Positions 1 to 14,200 of a stretch of 64,000 bases of DNA are shown piece by piece. Below the pieces are notes generated by a model. The model did not search any database. It had not been told where the DNA came from and worked only from the letters and a program-made list of their open reading frames with translations. This stretch comes from Antedon mediterranea (Eukaryota; Animalia; Echinodermata), in NCBI RefSeq assembly GCF_964355755.1, contig NC_092670.1:17346795-17410794 (forward strand). The letters run 5' to 3'. The stretch's first letter is position 1. The number at the start of each line of letters is the position of its first letter. The position numbers were made by a program, and so were the translations under genes.

Positions 1-350
1 GGGAACCAAGCTTTAGAGAAAATCAAGATGAAAACTAAACGAGTGAATGTTCATTTCAAATTTAGTCAGATCATTTCACTTTACTAATTTCTACAGAAGA
101 AAGGAAAATCATTTAATTGAATGTCTCTTTAAAATATCGTAGAAAAATCAACAACAGAGATCATATTATCAGGCCGCTTTAAGAATTGGCAGCAGAGACG
201 ACCCTTCACTATGAGGAGTTACTTCATCCCAATCCACTCATGACAAGTATTTGATATATTACGACAGTAATAGAGTTACATAAAGTGTAATTTACAATTT
301 GAACATAATGATTAATTTGTTATTAAATTCTTTTTCATTATTATATAAAA

Positions 351-1018
351 TGACGTCTGTGGCAGTCACTTCTCATCAACAATGTAGCATCAACTGTTTG
401 CTGTTTTTTCCCTTAGCGTCAATGACGTAACTCGATTAAAAATTAAAGAATATACATTTTTAATAGGTAATGAATGGGATATAAATAGATAATCGACTGT
501 TGATGAGAAAGAGAAAACAAGATTAAATATATATCTGACGTCAATGGGACTTATATTCACACTCAAAATGACTTAGCGGCCGAGAAGAGAAATAAACTGT
601 TTATGTTTGAAGAATTTTAAAACCCATTTTTTTGTGAAAGGTAAAGCGTGGTTCCCACTGTTGACGCAACGTAACGCAATCTACGCAACGTAAGCAAATT
701 CTCTTCCAATAATTGTGTTTGCCCCCGCCTGTGTGAAATCAAACCTGCGATGTTTGCAGCACTGTTGCATCGTCGGTTCCCACTTGTGATTACGCAATAC
801 AACACTTTGCGTCGATACGTCGCTGCGTTACGTTGCGTTGCGTTCTAGTGAGAACCACGCTTTACAGATAGATACCACAGCTACAGTAAAGATCAAAGTC
901 ATATAAATTTCAAATAAAAAAGTGCGCATTTGAGGCTTACACGGTCGATTTTAGTGGACAAATGACGTAATTCATAATTAAAGCTTGGTTCCCACTATAA
1001 CGTAACGCAATGACGTAA
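351..1018. promoter_or_regulatory. Cluster of CRE-like sites upstream of PKI
   Basis: Full palindromic TGACGTCA at 536-543; TGACGTCT at 351; CGTCA+TGACGTAA at 417-430; TGACGTAA at 963 and 1011. Function is inferred only. Confidence 0.35.
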
Positions 1019-1412
1019 ACGCAACGCAAGCGTTTTAACCAATGACAAGCGAAGTTATAGACAGTTAGCAATCAAAAGCGAATAAGCCATCGCTTGTGAT
1101 TGGTCAATTCACTTGCGTTGCGTTACGTCCTTGCGTTGCGTCGCTAGTGGGAACCACGCTTTACCAAGTCGTCGCAAATCGAAAGCTCCCTGTGAGCTTT
1201 GCGCTTGTTTCCCACTAGGACGCAACGCAAGGACGTAGACGTACGCAAGCGAGTTGACCAATGATAAGCGACAGTTCGAATAATCCATCGCGTGTGATTG
1301 GTCTACTCACTTACGTTGCGTTACGTCTGTGTTGCGTTTCTAGTGGGAACTAATCATAAGTGAGTTCGAATCGAATGACCTAACGCATATGGCCTTGTGT
1401 TGCAACCAAGCT
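645..1412. mobile_element. Cluster of palindromic MITEs, family A (Harbinger-like); copies 645-861, 982-1160, about 1202-1355, partial about 1375-1412; another end at 1-13
   Basis: TIRs AGC(T/G)TGGTTCCCACT...AGTG(G/A)GAACCA(A/C)GCT with internal ACGCA/TGCGT repeats; flanked by TAA/TTA. Confidence 0.8.
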
Positions 1413-2524
1413 TGAGCAATTTTGAAGGCGGCCGAAGCATAGAGAAAATGATGCTAAAAGTTGACCAGCTAACCACATAACATTTTTCTCCATAGCATAA
1501 TTTGCAGTTTCACTAACGAGAGGGCTTTGATTGTATAAGTTCCTTTGATCTCGATCAGCACGTTGTAGCACGTTTGTAACAATATTCACTGCTTAAATCT
1601 TCAGAGAGTAGGCCTACACATAGGAATTGTTTACGCCCTTGTGTTCCATCCAAGTGCGAACGGATTTTTAGCAATTTTGAAGGCGGCAGAAGCAGAAGGA
1701 AAAAGGAGCGGGAATTGGTTGTGAATATTATTGTGAAATTAAGTAATGTGCAAGAATTTAAGACTTTTACATACAAAATACGATGTCCACCACTACTAGC
1801 GACAAATATCGTTTTTGCACGTGCGTTCGTGACCATTTGCAGTTTTGAACACAGTCACCCTAGAGACATCCAGCTCAGTGTCATCAGTGTAAGAAATGAA
1901 GACTTAAGCACTAAATTGCATTATATTTCTATCTATGTACCGATAACCAGATTATAAATGAAAAGAGCTTAAAATAAAATGATCACGTAATCTACTCATT
2001 ATCATTACAACTGCTGCAGTTGGCTCAACCCACTATTAACCACATACGAATATGAATTCAATGACAATTTTTGGATTTATTACCCGTGCAAACACCTTAT
2101 AAAGCGGCTATAAAAACACTAAAGAAACCCATTACAGAAAAGTCGTACAAGCTGCTGGTTGCCAGGTAGCTTCTGAGCGTCTTGCGAAATTTATTCGCGC
2201 GAATCTAATTGATTTATACAGATGGATAACTACACCTACTCTATATGCAGTGTGCGCCAAAATGCTTAGCCAATCAGAGCTCAGAAATGTTCGATTTGCT
2301 TGAATAGATTTGCCTTAATATAGTATGGAAAACCGGCTTAACACAAGTGGTACGTCTCCTCTCAGCGCAGACGTGTACAAAAGTAGTGATTGGAAATGTT
2401 CATCTACTACTACTAGTTACAGTTATTGTATTGTGCATTTATCTCTTAAAGAAATTATAATATCAACATTCAATGTACGCGTTTAATTGATGGTACACTC
2501 GTAATTCATATACCGTCCCTGTAA

Positions 2525-3032
2525 AGCTTGGTTCCCACTAGAACGTAACGCTAGGATGTAAACGCAACGTAAGCGTGTTGACCAATGACAAGCGAAGTTA
2601 TAGACAGTTAGCAATCACAATCGAATAAGCCATCGCTTGTGATTGGTCAATTCACTTGCATTGCGTTACGTCCTTGCGTTGCGTCGCTAGTGGGAACCAC
2701 GCATAAAGGTTGGTTACGACTTGGACGCAACGTAAGGACGTAGACGTCAGCGAGTTGACCAATGACAAGCGACAGTTCGAATAATCCATCGCTTGTGATT
2801 GTTCAAAACACTTATGTTGTTGCGTTATGTCGTTGTTTTGCGTCTCTAGTGAGAACCACGCATAAAGCTTGGTTACGACTTTGACGCATCGTAAGGACGT
2901 AAGCGCGACGCAAACGTAAGCACAACGCAAGTAATTTGATTAATTAACCGCGAGGAATCATCCAAACTGTCACTTGTGATTGGTCAAATGATTGCGTACA
3001 GCGTGTGTTTGTCCTCTAGTGGGAACAAAGCT
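2525..3032. mobile_element. Three head-to-tail family A MITEs (2525-2703, 2707-2862, 2866-3032)
   Basis: Same TIRs; each junction is a single TAA. Confidence 0.8.
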
Positions 3033-3295
3033 TAATTTACTAATTAAATATTTCTCTCATGCAGACAAAAGATGTATTTAAATTCATGAAATAACATAAT
3101 ATTACAATTCAAAATTACTATAAGCTATTCCATGTTTTAAAATATCTGTCATTTCCCATGCAAACAATGCCTTTGCAATACGATTGATTATTACAGGTAA
3201 TGTTGGTCTATTTTTAATTCCCAAATACAGCTGTTACTGTATAACCAAGTAGGTCTTTAACCATCACTGTTCATAATAGCCGATTTCTGACTATT

Positions 3296-3900
3296 TAAAC
3301 AAGAAATATTTCTTACAAAAAACGCTGCTCGCTTTATTGAAAAATATTTTTTTATTTTAAATGTTTTTGAATGTGTCATTTTATTGTCACATAATAGTTA
3401 TTTTACCTGAAAAAAATGTAATTTAAAGCAACAAATACTTAAATTGTCTGTCAGACAATGGTTTTTGGGTTTCTTTTCTTTTTTTATATGTGAATAAATA
3501 TTATTTTTTTGTTACAGAAGTGAATACTCAATTTCTGTCACTTTAGTTAATTTTATTGCTAAGGTCAAATCTGGGGGTCACTTCATCACCCTAGATATTT
3601 CAATTGTGAAGTATCCTATTACAAACACAAACTTTAATGGACTGTTTCGATAATAATTCAATGAATATCTGACAGTGAATATACCAGAAATGCTTAGGGA
3701 TTTGTAATTTTAGCATGACATGTTCTAATAGACTCTTTCCCAGACGTTTTTTGGGTCTACTGTAGCAGCTGGAATCAATAAATTATAGTGGAGTTTCCAT
3801 TTTCACAAAACTGTCTGTCCTTAGAACTATAACTGCTGCTTGCTTTAGCTTCTGATTGAGTAGTCCTAATGGGACGTAGCGGGCTAGAGCAGCAGCATGA
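3296..3900. repeat. Dispersed repeat, copy 1 (second copy at about 31268-31783)
   Basis: About 500-600 bp nearly identical to 31268-31783 (aaacaagaaatatttcttacaaaaaacgctgctcgc...agcgggctagagcagcagc). Confidence 0.85.
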
Positions 3901-4137
3901 AAAAAAACCAGATCTACTTAACTAACAAATTACTATTAGACAATGCAAAGGTCATTTTGAAATGTCATATTTGCTAAAGATAGCTGTAAATTAAATTAGG
4001 AATTATTAATTGAGATTGTTTATTGAACAAAGCAATTTAAAAAACTTAATATTATATTGATAAATTGTCGTTAATTAGAAAAACAAGGCACGCCATACTG
4101 TTGACACCATTATTCTTTTTCAGATAATTAAACCGCC

Positions 4138-6650
4138 ATGACTGAGGTAGCACCAAAGCTAGTGGAGTTTGCACAAACGAGCAGGTCTGGCAGAAGGAAT
4201 GCGTTGCCGGATATTTTACACGTTTCAAATGAAGTACCGGTCTCAGAACTGGTAGAAAAACTGGACCAGTTATCTGTAGGTAAGTACAAAAAAATGAGAT
4301 ATATGTTTAGATGCATAATATGCTAGATGTTATGAGGTTATACTGTATGCTAACAAGCAAACACCTCAGTAGTCTTGAACATTAATACTAGATGTATCAG
4401 GTTATACTGTATGCTAACAAGCAAACACAGTCTTGAACATAATAATAATAGATGTATGAGGTTATACTGTATGCTAACAAGCAAACATCACAGTCTTGAA
4501 CATTAATAAAACATGACAATAGGTAGAAGGGCTGATTATCACTAATATGTCAACTAAACCTGCAGATCATGTATTACTTAATGTTCTTGACTATTGATCA
4601 GGTTTAAAAGATGACTTGTAACCATACTCTAATTTGTAATATGCAAATTTTACTTTCTATATATGTCTAACTAAGCATAAGTATATTATAGATCTTTGGT
4701 AATATTTGTTGCATGCATGAATAATTTTTTCTTTTACAATACTAAAATAATTTTAGTGATATAAATGTAGGATTTACACATTTTTCAAATAATAATTGTG
4801 ATAATGGCTACACATCATCAAAATATCATGATTATAATTATGATGAGTATCATCGTCATAATCAGAATTATGACTGGAATTATTACAGAAAATTGCCACC
4901 TTTATAAACACACAAGATACATAGTATTATTTACAGTTAACATTTTTTTATTTTCTTATATTTATAGTATAGTGTAATAATAAACTTTAAATGCCAGGTG
5001 CGGGCAAAAAATTTCTATTGATCATACATTCCAATAATTATCGATCTATAGTTTCCCCTATGTTTCATAATTGTTGGGAATTTATTTGTGTTGCACAAGC
5101 TTGTTGAAAATAAGCACTTTCTTATCAGTGGGGGGATAGTTCAAATTACATAGTAAAATCTCTATTCTTTTGTACACAAATTTTGTAAATAGAGAGGCAT
5201 TTTAAAAAGCTATGAAAAATAAATGGTGTGGTAAAAAATGTTATCAGATGACTAAATATAGGTAATATAACTTGAATTTTACATTTCTGGTATTTTTATT
5301 CAACTTCAGATTTTTATTTTCATGCTATAGCAAAAATTATCCACCGTATATCCACCATCTTTTTTCACCTTCTAGAGAGTCACCAGACATGTTATTACAT
5401 AGGTTAAACTACCTCCATGAACTACCTAACTACTGAAAAAAATTCCTCCTGGTTCTTATGGCAGAATTTTTCCAAATTTTGTATTTGACCATATTAAGGA
5501 AAATTCTATTTCAAATAAAAAAGTTGACAAACAGGATCGAAAAATATTTGCACTATTGAATTATTTACAGTCAAAACAAAAATATAATTTATTATATTTT
5601 TGTTTCTATAGTTTCTGTAATAAATAATGTGTACTTTCTTGTCAAAATACAACAACAACACACAACAACAACATGAATGTTATTGTTTTGGTTTCAGTGT
5701 TAACTGTATCTTGGCAAATACTATCAAGTTTAGTTTTTATGGTCAATTAATATTTGATGCATGATCTACTCTTTCAAAGATCTTAAAGCATACCACAACG
5801 CATGTGTCATAAACCACTAATTACATTTACAAGTAACACCAATAATTGAAAATATTATAATTAAAAAATGGTAATTATATCGGATTATATCAAACACGGA
5901 AGTAATTCATCAATATGAAAACATAATCTGTTATATTCGAAATATTATAGTGTCTGCAATAAAGTCATTTGTTAAAAATACAAAACTTGGCAAAAATTTA
6001 CTAATTATTTGGTTTCAAGGATTGGCTTTGGAAACTTTCTGGTTTTCTTAGAAATATGTAAGCAATTTCCCCAAATGAAGTAATGAATAACATTAATTTT
6101 ATTTCAACATAGAATCATAATGGCTTGACTAATTTTTTGTATATTATCATAATTAGTTTTTATTTCTATTTAAATGATATGCTCAATGTTAATGTTGAAT
6201 TTAATAGAGCTTTTAACAATCAGCAGATTGTCCAAAGCTCTTAAAATAAAAAATGAAAGAAAGATCGAATTACAATCAACTAAAAAGGGTTTTGAAACTT
6301 TGATTGAAGGCGAATCTTTCAAGCTCTATCTACACAATCAAATGTGATGTGCCCATATATGATGCATGTCATATTATCGCTACTATATTTGGGCATATCA
6401 CTACCATATTAGGGCATGTCACACTTCTTTTGTTAAATTAGTTTGATAGTGTAGACAGAGCTTAAAAGAAGATTGTTTCACAGTTTAAACTACATTATGT
6501 TATTAACATTATTTTAAAATTGCCATAAATTTGATAATTTTATTTATTTCAGAAGGAAATGAAGATAGTAAATCCAGCGCCGCTGAAAGTCCGACAGAAG
6601 AATCAAATCCATGCTTAGAAGAAAACAAATTGTCATCGTCAGAAACATAA
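4138..6650 (+). CDS. PKI: cAMP-dependent protein kinase inhibitor (PKI family), about 79 aa, 2 coding exons (4138-4279, 6553-6650)
   Basis: Exon 1 encodes FAQTSRSGRRNALPDI (PKI pseudosubstrate RRNA motif) and LVEKLDQLSV (leucine-rich NES like PKIA LALKLAGLDI). Kozak-like ACCGCCATG, acceptor ttttcag at 4123, donor GTAAGT at 4280; a phase-1 join to ttttcag/6553 gives an acidic tail ending in TAA at 6648-6650. Confidence 0.9.
4324..4510. repeat. Tandem repeat, about 60 bp x3, in the PKI intron
   Basis: tagatgt..aggttatactgtatgctaacaagcaaacac..agtcttgaacat repeated three times. Confidence 0.8.
6321..6463. mobile_element. MITE family B (about 145 bp); other copies at about 14286-14424, 17425-17478, 17561-17622, 21995-22117, 22200-22339, 23696-23844, 39747-39894, 54019-54171, 58793-58953
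   Basis: TIR AGCTCTGTCTACACTATCAAAC / GTTTGATAGTGTAGACAGAGCT; internal tgtgatgtgcccatatatgg...catatcactaccatatttgggcacatcaca; TAA/TTA flanks. Confidence 0.85.
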
Positions 6651-7199
6651 CACATGATATTAACAATGAACCAATGAGCAAAAATTTCAAAGTACAACTG
6701 GCTAACGTGCAGAAAGACATGATTAGCACATATGTACTTTGGTAAAGATAAAGTTTGCTGAAAGAACTCACTTAATGATGATTGTTGGTAACAGTTCATT
6801 TGTGATATTTTTAATATCAACAGAAAGTAATATGCAAGATGGATAGATTGCTTGGTAATATCTAAGCCCGCAGGGTTTACACACAAGATCAATAGCAGAT
6901 CAGGCTTTGGCAAGGGATTACTATCTTTGTATGAAATGGAAAATGGACATTTCTTGCAAATTGGATAATTCCATGCAATGGTTATGAGGGAATCACAGTT
7001 ATTTTGGAATTTCCCATGAAAACATGCTTAACTTATTTGGAATTTCCCATGGAAATGTGCTTAGCTTAAGTTGACTTTTACATGGAAACAAATAGATGTA
7101 GACTGTATATGCAAGTCAAAGAAGAACTATTGTTATCAAAAGCTAAGTAAATAGAAGTTACTGAATTAATAACAATTCTATTGCAATCCACAAACTACT

Positions 7200-7313
7200 C
7201 AGGGTGGATCCAGGTGAACGAGAAAATAAGAATAACCTCCATAGCTATTCTCCTTATCTAGCTATGATAGCTATGATCGCTACAACAATTCAACAATCTT
7301 GGATCCGCTCCTG
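7200..7313. mobile_element. Short MITE remnant with CAGGGxGGATCC...GGATCCGCTCCTG ends
   Basis: Imperfect terminal inverted repeats; a related remnant lies at about 29775-29926. Confidence 0.45.
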
Positions 7314-8037
7314 GTACAAGAGATACTTTCTTTTACTGTATTGAAAAAGCTAGATTGTTTACTGTGTGATTATGAAGAATAACCTTCTACAACTTTTCAC
7401 ATAACAAGATTATGCTTTAAAGTTAAATATTTAATTCACAAAGTGCAAGTGGACATTAACATGACCTTAGAACTAATGGATGGATTGTGAAATGGCAAAA
7501 ATCAAATAACAATGCCAAGCTTTAATGAAGAAAATTATGAAAAATAATTGATTACATTTGAATTGTAATCAATACATAAACGTATAATGCTTTTATAAAA
7601 AAAATGCTGTTATATAAGATTTTTACGACATTTACACATGATTCAGTTTTTTCAGTATTTTACCCATAAAATGAAGAAAAAAAACTCCTAATTTTTTAAT
7701 CTAAACATGCTTTGTATTTTATCTTTATTTAAATGATTAAAATGTATTATATTGTTTTAAGATTTCTTAATGTGGTTGTTTGATGGATGAGCTTTAGGAT
7801 AAAAAGAAAATCCAGGCTTAGTATTTAAGCACATAAAAAATGATGAAACGCATACTTGTATTACTAATAATAGATGTATGCAGTTTTCCTTTAGCATTTA
7901 TATAACCAATGATTCTATATAACATGATGGCCATTAAAAATCAGGATAAACATATCATGACTGCAAGGTATGTAATATACTGTTGAATGTCATTTGTATT
8001 ATTAGTAATATTAGCATACATAAAGTATACATTTTAC

Positions 8038-8227
<190 letters not shown>

Positions 8228-11200
8228 TAATTTCTGCTCATTCCATCATTACAGAGTTTAGAGTCTGAATATTGTAAATACTGTACATGTAACAAATTTA
8301 AATAGCTATAGGTCTTTAAGCAAAAGGCATACTTTCTACAAACACTCCTTAAAATAGTTCCGGTAATTAGCAATTTGAATTATAACGCTTATCTTTGATA
8401 CAGCCTGATTCTTTAAGATTGGTTAGCAAAAATCAATGTAGAATGCACTGAATATTTGAAAAGAACATTTTGAAATAAAATATTCAAATTGTGAAGCAGT
8501 AATGTTGAAGATACAATTAAAATATTAAAGGGCTCGTTGAGAATTGTTATTATTTAAAATTGCGTTTTTCTTTTCTGCGTTATTTGGGTGAAAACAAAAC
8601 TTTTTAATCAACAATTGAGTAAACATAGATGCTATGATTATTATTATTATTACAAATATCTATCTATTTTGTTAGATGATAACACATAAAATGATGTTGT
8701 TTTTCTGCATTATTTGGGTGAAAACAAAACTTTTTAATCAACAATTAAGTAACATAGATGCTATGATTGTTATTATTACAAATATCTATCTATTTTGTTG
8801 GACACATTAACATATCTAACTCATACATATTGTTGCCTAAAAGGTTATGAGAACTTTTCATATTCATTTGCACTATAAATCATCAAAATTGTTTCCGGCA
8901 TGTAAAGTACGTATTATAAAATTTATGTCGCTAGCATTTAATTACAACTTGGGATAGCTTTAATTGCACCACTATGCTGTATACCAGGTCAGATAACTGG
9001 GATAAAGATGACACAAGCTGTAGTGCCACCATAGATTAGTTGCTAAATTTACAGGCTACTGGGTCCAAAGCACATACTAGTCATATAATTATTATATATG
9101 AGGCTTTTGGTAGTCACAATTCGAATTGGTTAATTGGTTTGATTGGTGACTGGACCTACTGCATAGTACTTCTCTAGGATTGATCATGTGACCATAATTG
9201 CATAAGATTAATTTGGAAGCTGGACCTGCTGCTCTAGGAATATTAACACGTTGCATACTGTAAGTCCTAGGCCCTGGTCATCACAAAATAAAAATGGTTG
9301 ATTGGCTAGCTGGACCTACTGCTTTGGAATTCATTAACATTTGCCTAATCCATCAAATGGCAAATGATGTATTAATTGAGAAAAAAATGAAAATTATACA
9401 TCTTTCTATTTCCTAAATCTTCAATTAGCACAATTACTATTTCACCCTTTTTTCTCTTTTCCTGGTAATTTGCTTTTTTTATTTGTTATTTTCTATGGTT
9501 TTTTCCCAGATTGTTTTCCTCTGACGTTTTCCAGTTGTTTTTTTCCATTAGAATGTATAGTGTGGTCAGTACATGGTCAACGCAAATGATGCCTCCTTTA
9601 ATAAAAACCTATATTTGCGCTTCTCATCAATAATGTATGCATGTTTACATAGAGTCTTTGAAATTCCACTTGCATACCAAAGTCATTTACGTTGAGCTAG
9701 AATTAAATACACCAATATGCAGCAGACATAGATTAAATTAAAATCAATTCTCAACATGATATAGGTCTGTACACAGTTTGGATAATTCTATCAAAACTAT
9801 GTCATATGTATTTAAACTATATCTGAATAGATGACAGAGGCCTATGTAGGAGTTATAATATACAGTATTGTTATAATAGTTGTATAGGACTACAACTACT
9901 GTATTCAATAGGCTATCAATAAGGTGAAGGAAAGTAGCCTAATAATTGCTACGTTTGCTGTACTGGGATATAGTGAACGATTGATATAGTTGCTAATAAT
10001 AGCCGGTATTATGCTATAGCTACTATAACTATACTGTAGCTACACTAATAAGTATGATTATTTTACTACAGGTGCGATTATTGTGTAGGGTCATGATAGC
10101 TGCTATTTTGCTACAGCTACTAATAGGTGCTATAGCTGTAGGTGCGATTATCTAGCTGTTATTTTGCTATAGCTTAGCTACGGTACTAATGCTATTTAGC
10201 AGAGGTGAGCTACTTCTGCTAATAGCTGTTGACTGTAAATAAAAAATTGTCATTTAAATCAGGAAAAACTATAGAAGGTTCTTCCCACTACCTTAAAATT
10301 CACAGGTTTGAAGAGATTGCATTTAATAAATGATGCTAAAGTGACATAAATACGCTGCTAGGTGTTCAAGCTAAATTGTACAGACACCCTCTCAAAAGAT
10401 GCTGTCAAGTTGTAGAGTACTACTAACAGTAGGCCTTATACTACTACTGTACAACATAATAGTTGAGTGTTATAATTTTGTCAATGTGTTAATTCTACGT
10501 TGTTTGTATTGTACTGTCGGTTACCATGGTAATAGTTTACAGCACTTCTTATTATTTTTAATCTACCAGGTACACCGTTAACGTTATATACACATTCCTT
10601 GTTAATTGTTAATGTGTTAATTTCACATGGTTTCCAAACAAGTATGGTTAGTTTACAGCATGTGTGATAATATCAGGTTTACTTCATTAACATTAAATAC
10701 ACACTTGCCTTGTGCATCAACCAGCAACTGGAACTGATTAAAGCAATAAAAATATTCCAAAGAAGTAGGCAGCTTTATATTGGCATGGTTCGTCAGTGAA
10801 TTTTGAATAGCTTTTAAACAAAATTATTCATTAAAAATATCTAAAGGTTGTAATCTATATCAATAATAATACAACATTTGACAACTTACTTAAATACTGG
10901 CTTGTGCAGCGACTGTATTTTTACAACCATTTTTGCATATCTGCTGCATTTTACCTATTTTCGTGCGGCTATCTACACTTGCGTAGCTATTGTATTTTAC
11001 CTATTATTGCGCGGCTATAGCTACAGTAGGCTTGCATTCATCACTATAGAATATGTTTTCTTTTGCTAATGCAGTCTGTCATTCAGCCATGTTTTAATCT
11101 AAACATCAGCCTACTTATTATCACAAATCATTTCACTAGATGGATGCTCACAATTATAATATAAATGTAATTCTCATAATAATTACAGTGTTTATACTCT

Positions 11201-14200
11201 GACAATATAAAATAAGTTTACTGCTACTATGAAATTGCAATATATAACATCATGACATTATTTATTTATTCCTTTCAGTGATAGCGATACATAAAAAGGG
11301 AGCACTAAGGAGAGACAAGAGATGTAAAAGACAACTATCGCCAAAGGGGCAAGTCTCTCCAACAAACACTGCTATGACATTGCCCCTTGCAACACTGTGA
11401 CATTGCCAGCTTGTCAAACACTTCAAAACAGACCCTTTATCTACAGTACTGTACATGCAAGTCTTTTTGCACCTATTCCTGGCCTGAATCGCTCACCACA
11501 TTCAAACAACTCCTCAAATCCCACCTTTTTAATTTGCCCTTTCATCATTAATCTTTTACTCCTTCTTCTTTAAACTTTTTTTTAGCATTTTGTGGTAAAT
11601 TAACATTATTATTATTGTGACCATGTAAGCTTGTCACATACACTGCTAAAAAATGACATTGACACTCAGTGTCACATTCCTAGCGAATTTGACATTGCAT
11701 TTTATTCTATTCTTTTTAATGATATTTCTATTTGAGGAATAAAATTAACTAAATGAAAAAAAAAAAAAAACCATTGCCAGTTCGCAAAATTTACAATAAA
11801 TCTACTGTTTGACACCAAAAGTACTGGAAAACGTAATTCTCTAGAATAAACTAATTGTTATGTAGGTTTAGACAGCAGATCTGTTCTGAGATATCACCAT
11901 CTTGAGATATCTGGTACACGGACAGACAGACAGACAAACATACTTCATCATTTAATCACTCACACAGCATACAAAATACACACTACTAATTAGAAGCTAT
12001 AACAAGATGATCTGAACTATATGAAATTACACAGCATATGTTGCACATGCAGTAAAATACTGTATTATATGAAATACCTATGATATTAGGGAGAGAGTTT
12101 TTTGTATGTTATAAACATGTTAATGCACGCATTCATGGTGGGATGACGTGAATTAATGGGTTTTTAAACTACAGTACTGTACATTTGAAAACGATGTCCT
12201 TAAAGGGGGTTAAGTGGCCCCACCCTGGATGTGTATTTTACAAATAAAGAGAATATAGTTATATCTAGGCTAAGTGAAACACCTGTACAAATACATGTTC
12301 CCAAAGGTAAAAGTCAAAATGATAAGTTTATCTATTAATAGAACCATGGCTAGTTTATTACGTTAGTTACACTGAATAACACCCTAGGGAGAAAGATATC
12401 AGTTGAAGATGGTAAAGATAGAAAATGGGTTGATTATTAGGAAACGATGTTCTACAAAGAGCTGTAATCCTCGTATCGACAAGATGCTCATTAACAATCC
12501 AATGCTAATTATCAATTCTCTTCAAATGTAGATTAACTTTTATTTAATGATCATTGCAATGTAAATCTAGATGACATTATGGTGAATGATAACTAGGTAT
12601 TTGTCACTTATAAAGTGACATTATGGTGAATGATACCTATGTATTTGTCACTTATCAAAGTTAATTTTGCCGTTTTGACTTTAAGTATTCCTTCAAGAAC
12701 TGACTTTCATTTGGAATAGCTGTGTAATCACTCTCCATACGCTTTTATGAGCCACTAACTTCTGCGGAAATTGAAGGACCGCAAATAAATAGGACACACG
12801 ATTATACGCCTTTACAGTGAGACAATCAGTTAATAGTGTGAAAATTAAAAGTTGTACAATACTTGTTTTTAATAATAAAGTTACAATAAAATTTGAATGA
12901 TGAACTCTGAAATTTTGAAACTCTACTAGCAACATATGAATAAAAATAATACAATAAAAACTACTTAAACCAAACTCATTGTTAATATTATAATAAAAAT
13001 ACATAACAAAAAATATTAAAATTGGATACGCTTGCATTCAATAATAATAAAAATAAAATAATATTTTTTGACTGATGTACTCTGAAATTTTGAAACTCTA
13101 TCAAAGTAGAAAAAAAGATACAATAAAAACTACTTTAACCAAATTGATCGTTACAATAAAAATTTGAATAGATAACAAAAATAGATTTTCATCACTTAAC
13201 ATTTAATGATACTAAAACGCCATTTACGAGTTTACAATTCAATGAAGGTCAAAGTTTAGGGTTATAACAGACGTTGATGTAATCAATACAGAATTTCATA
13301 TGTATATAAACACGATAAACTCCCAAATGATTTGGCGTAACAAATTGATATGATATAACTAATTCTAGGTATATTCAATATAAAGCTTTTACACATCTTC
13401 TAATTATAAATTCTATTTAATTAGGTTACCGGTAACGCACTATTACAATTCTACTGTATATTAAAACTATAATGATCAACGTGCAATGGCACTACTGTAT
13501 CTTGCACACAAAAAAATGTTCTTTCCATCGCACTATAAGCTATCTTTTCTCTTTTATCCATTGATTTTGGTCATAAAAAAATAGTAGGCCGCAAATGCAC
13601 AACTCTTAACTGTAAATAATCTTACGCAGGGGACTTTTTTTTTATTCTTGGGCGATTTTTATATAGCCTTATTTAAATTTCCTGAAACTCCTTTTAAAAA
13701 AGTATATAATAACACAAAAAATAAAACAATCAATAAAGTCAAGCATGTTGTGTCAAAATATACATTTTCCTACGTTTGTTAATATATCAGAAATAGAACA
13801 GTTAATTCGTCATCAACTATCGCTTGAACACGAAGGCTGAACTAAGATTATTTATCAATCTGTTTGCTGCAGCTAAAAATAGTTAAAGCAAAGCGATGAT
13901 GTAAATGAAGTATTAGTCGATATGACCCAAAGAAACATTATAAATTCACAGCCATATAAAATAATTTGTATTTATTACTTAGTGATTGATTAATACACCT
14001 TCACAACTCCGGTTTCTACCTTTTACCTCGATTCAGAGAAAATCCAAGTAGATACATACACTGAGAGTTATTATTAATAAGAAGTTATTAAATGAAAGAT
14101 TTGAATATTAGATAATCAAGTGGATAGATGAGCCTGGATATTTTCAATCAATTCTGTACCAATTACTGGTTAGAAGTATAGAATGAGCCACTTAACACAT

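Noticed and set aside
6509-6913. 134-aa minus-strand ORF
   Set aside because: Antisense to PKI exon 2 and its 3' UTR; no recognisable motif.
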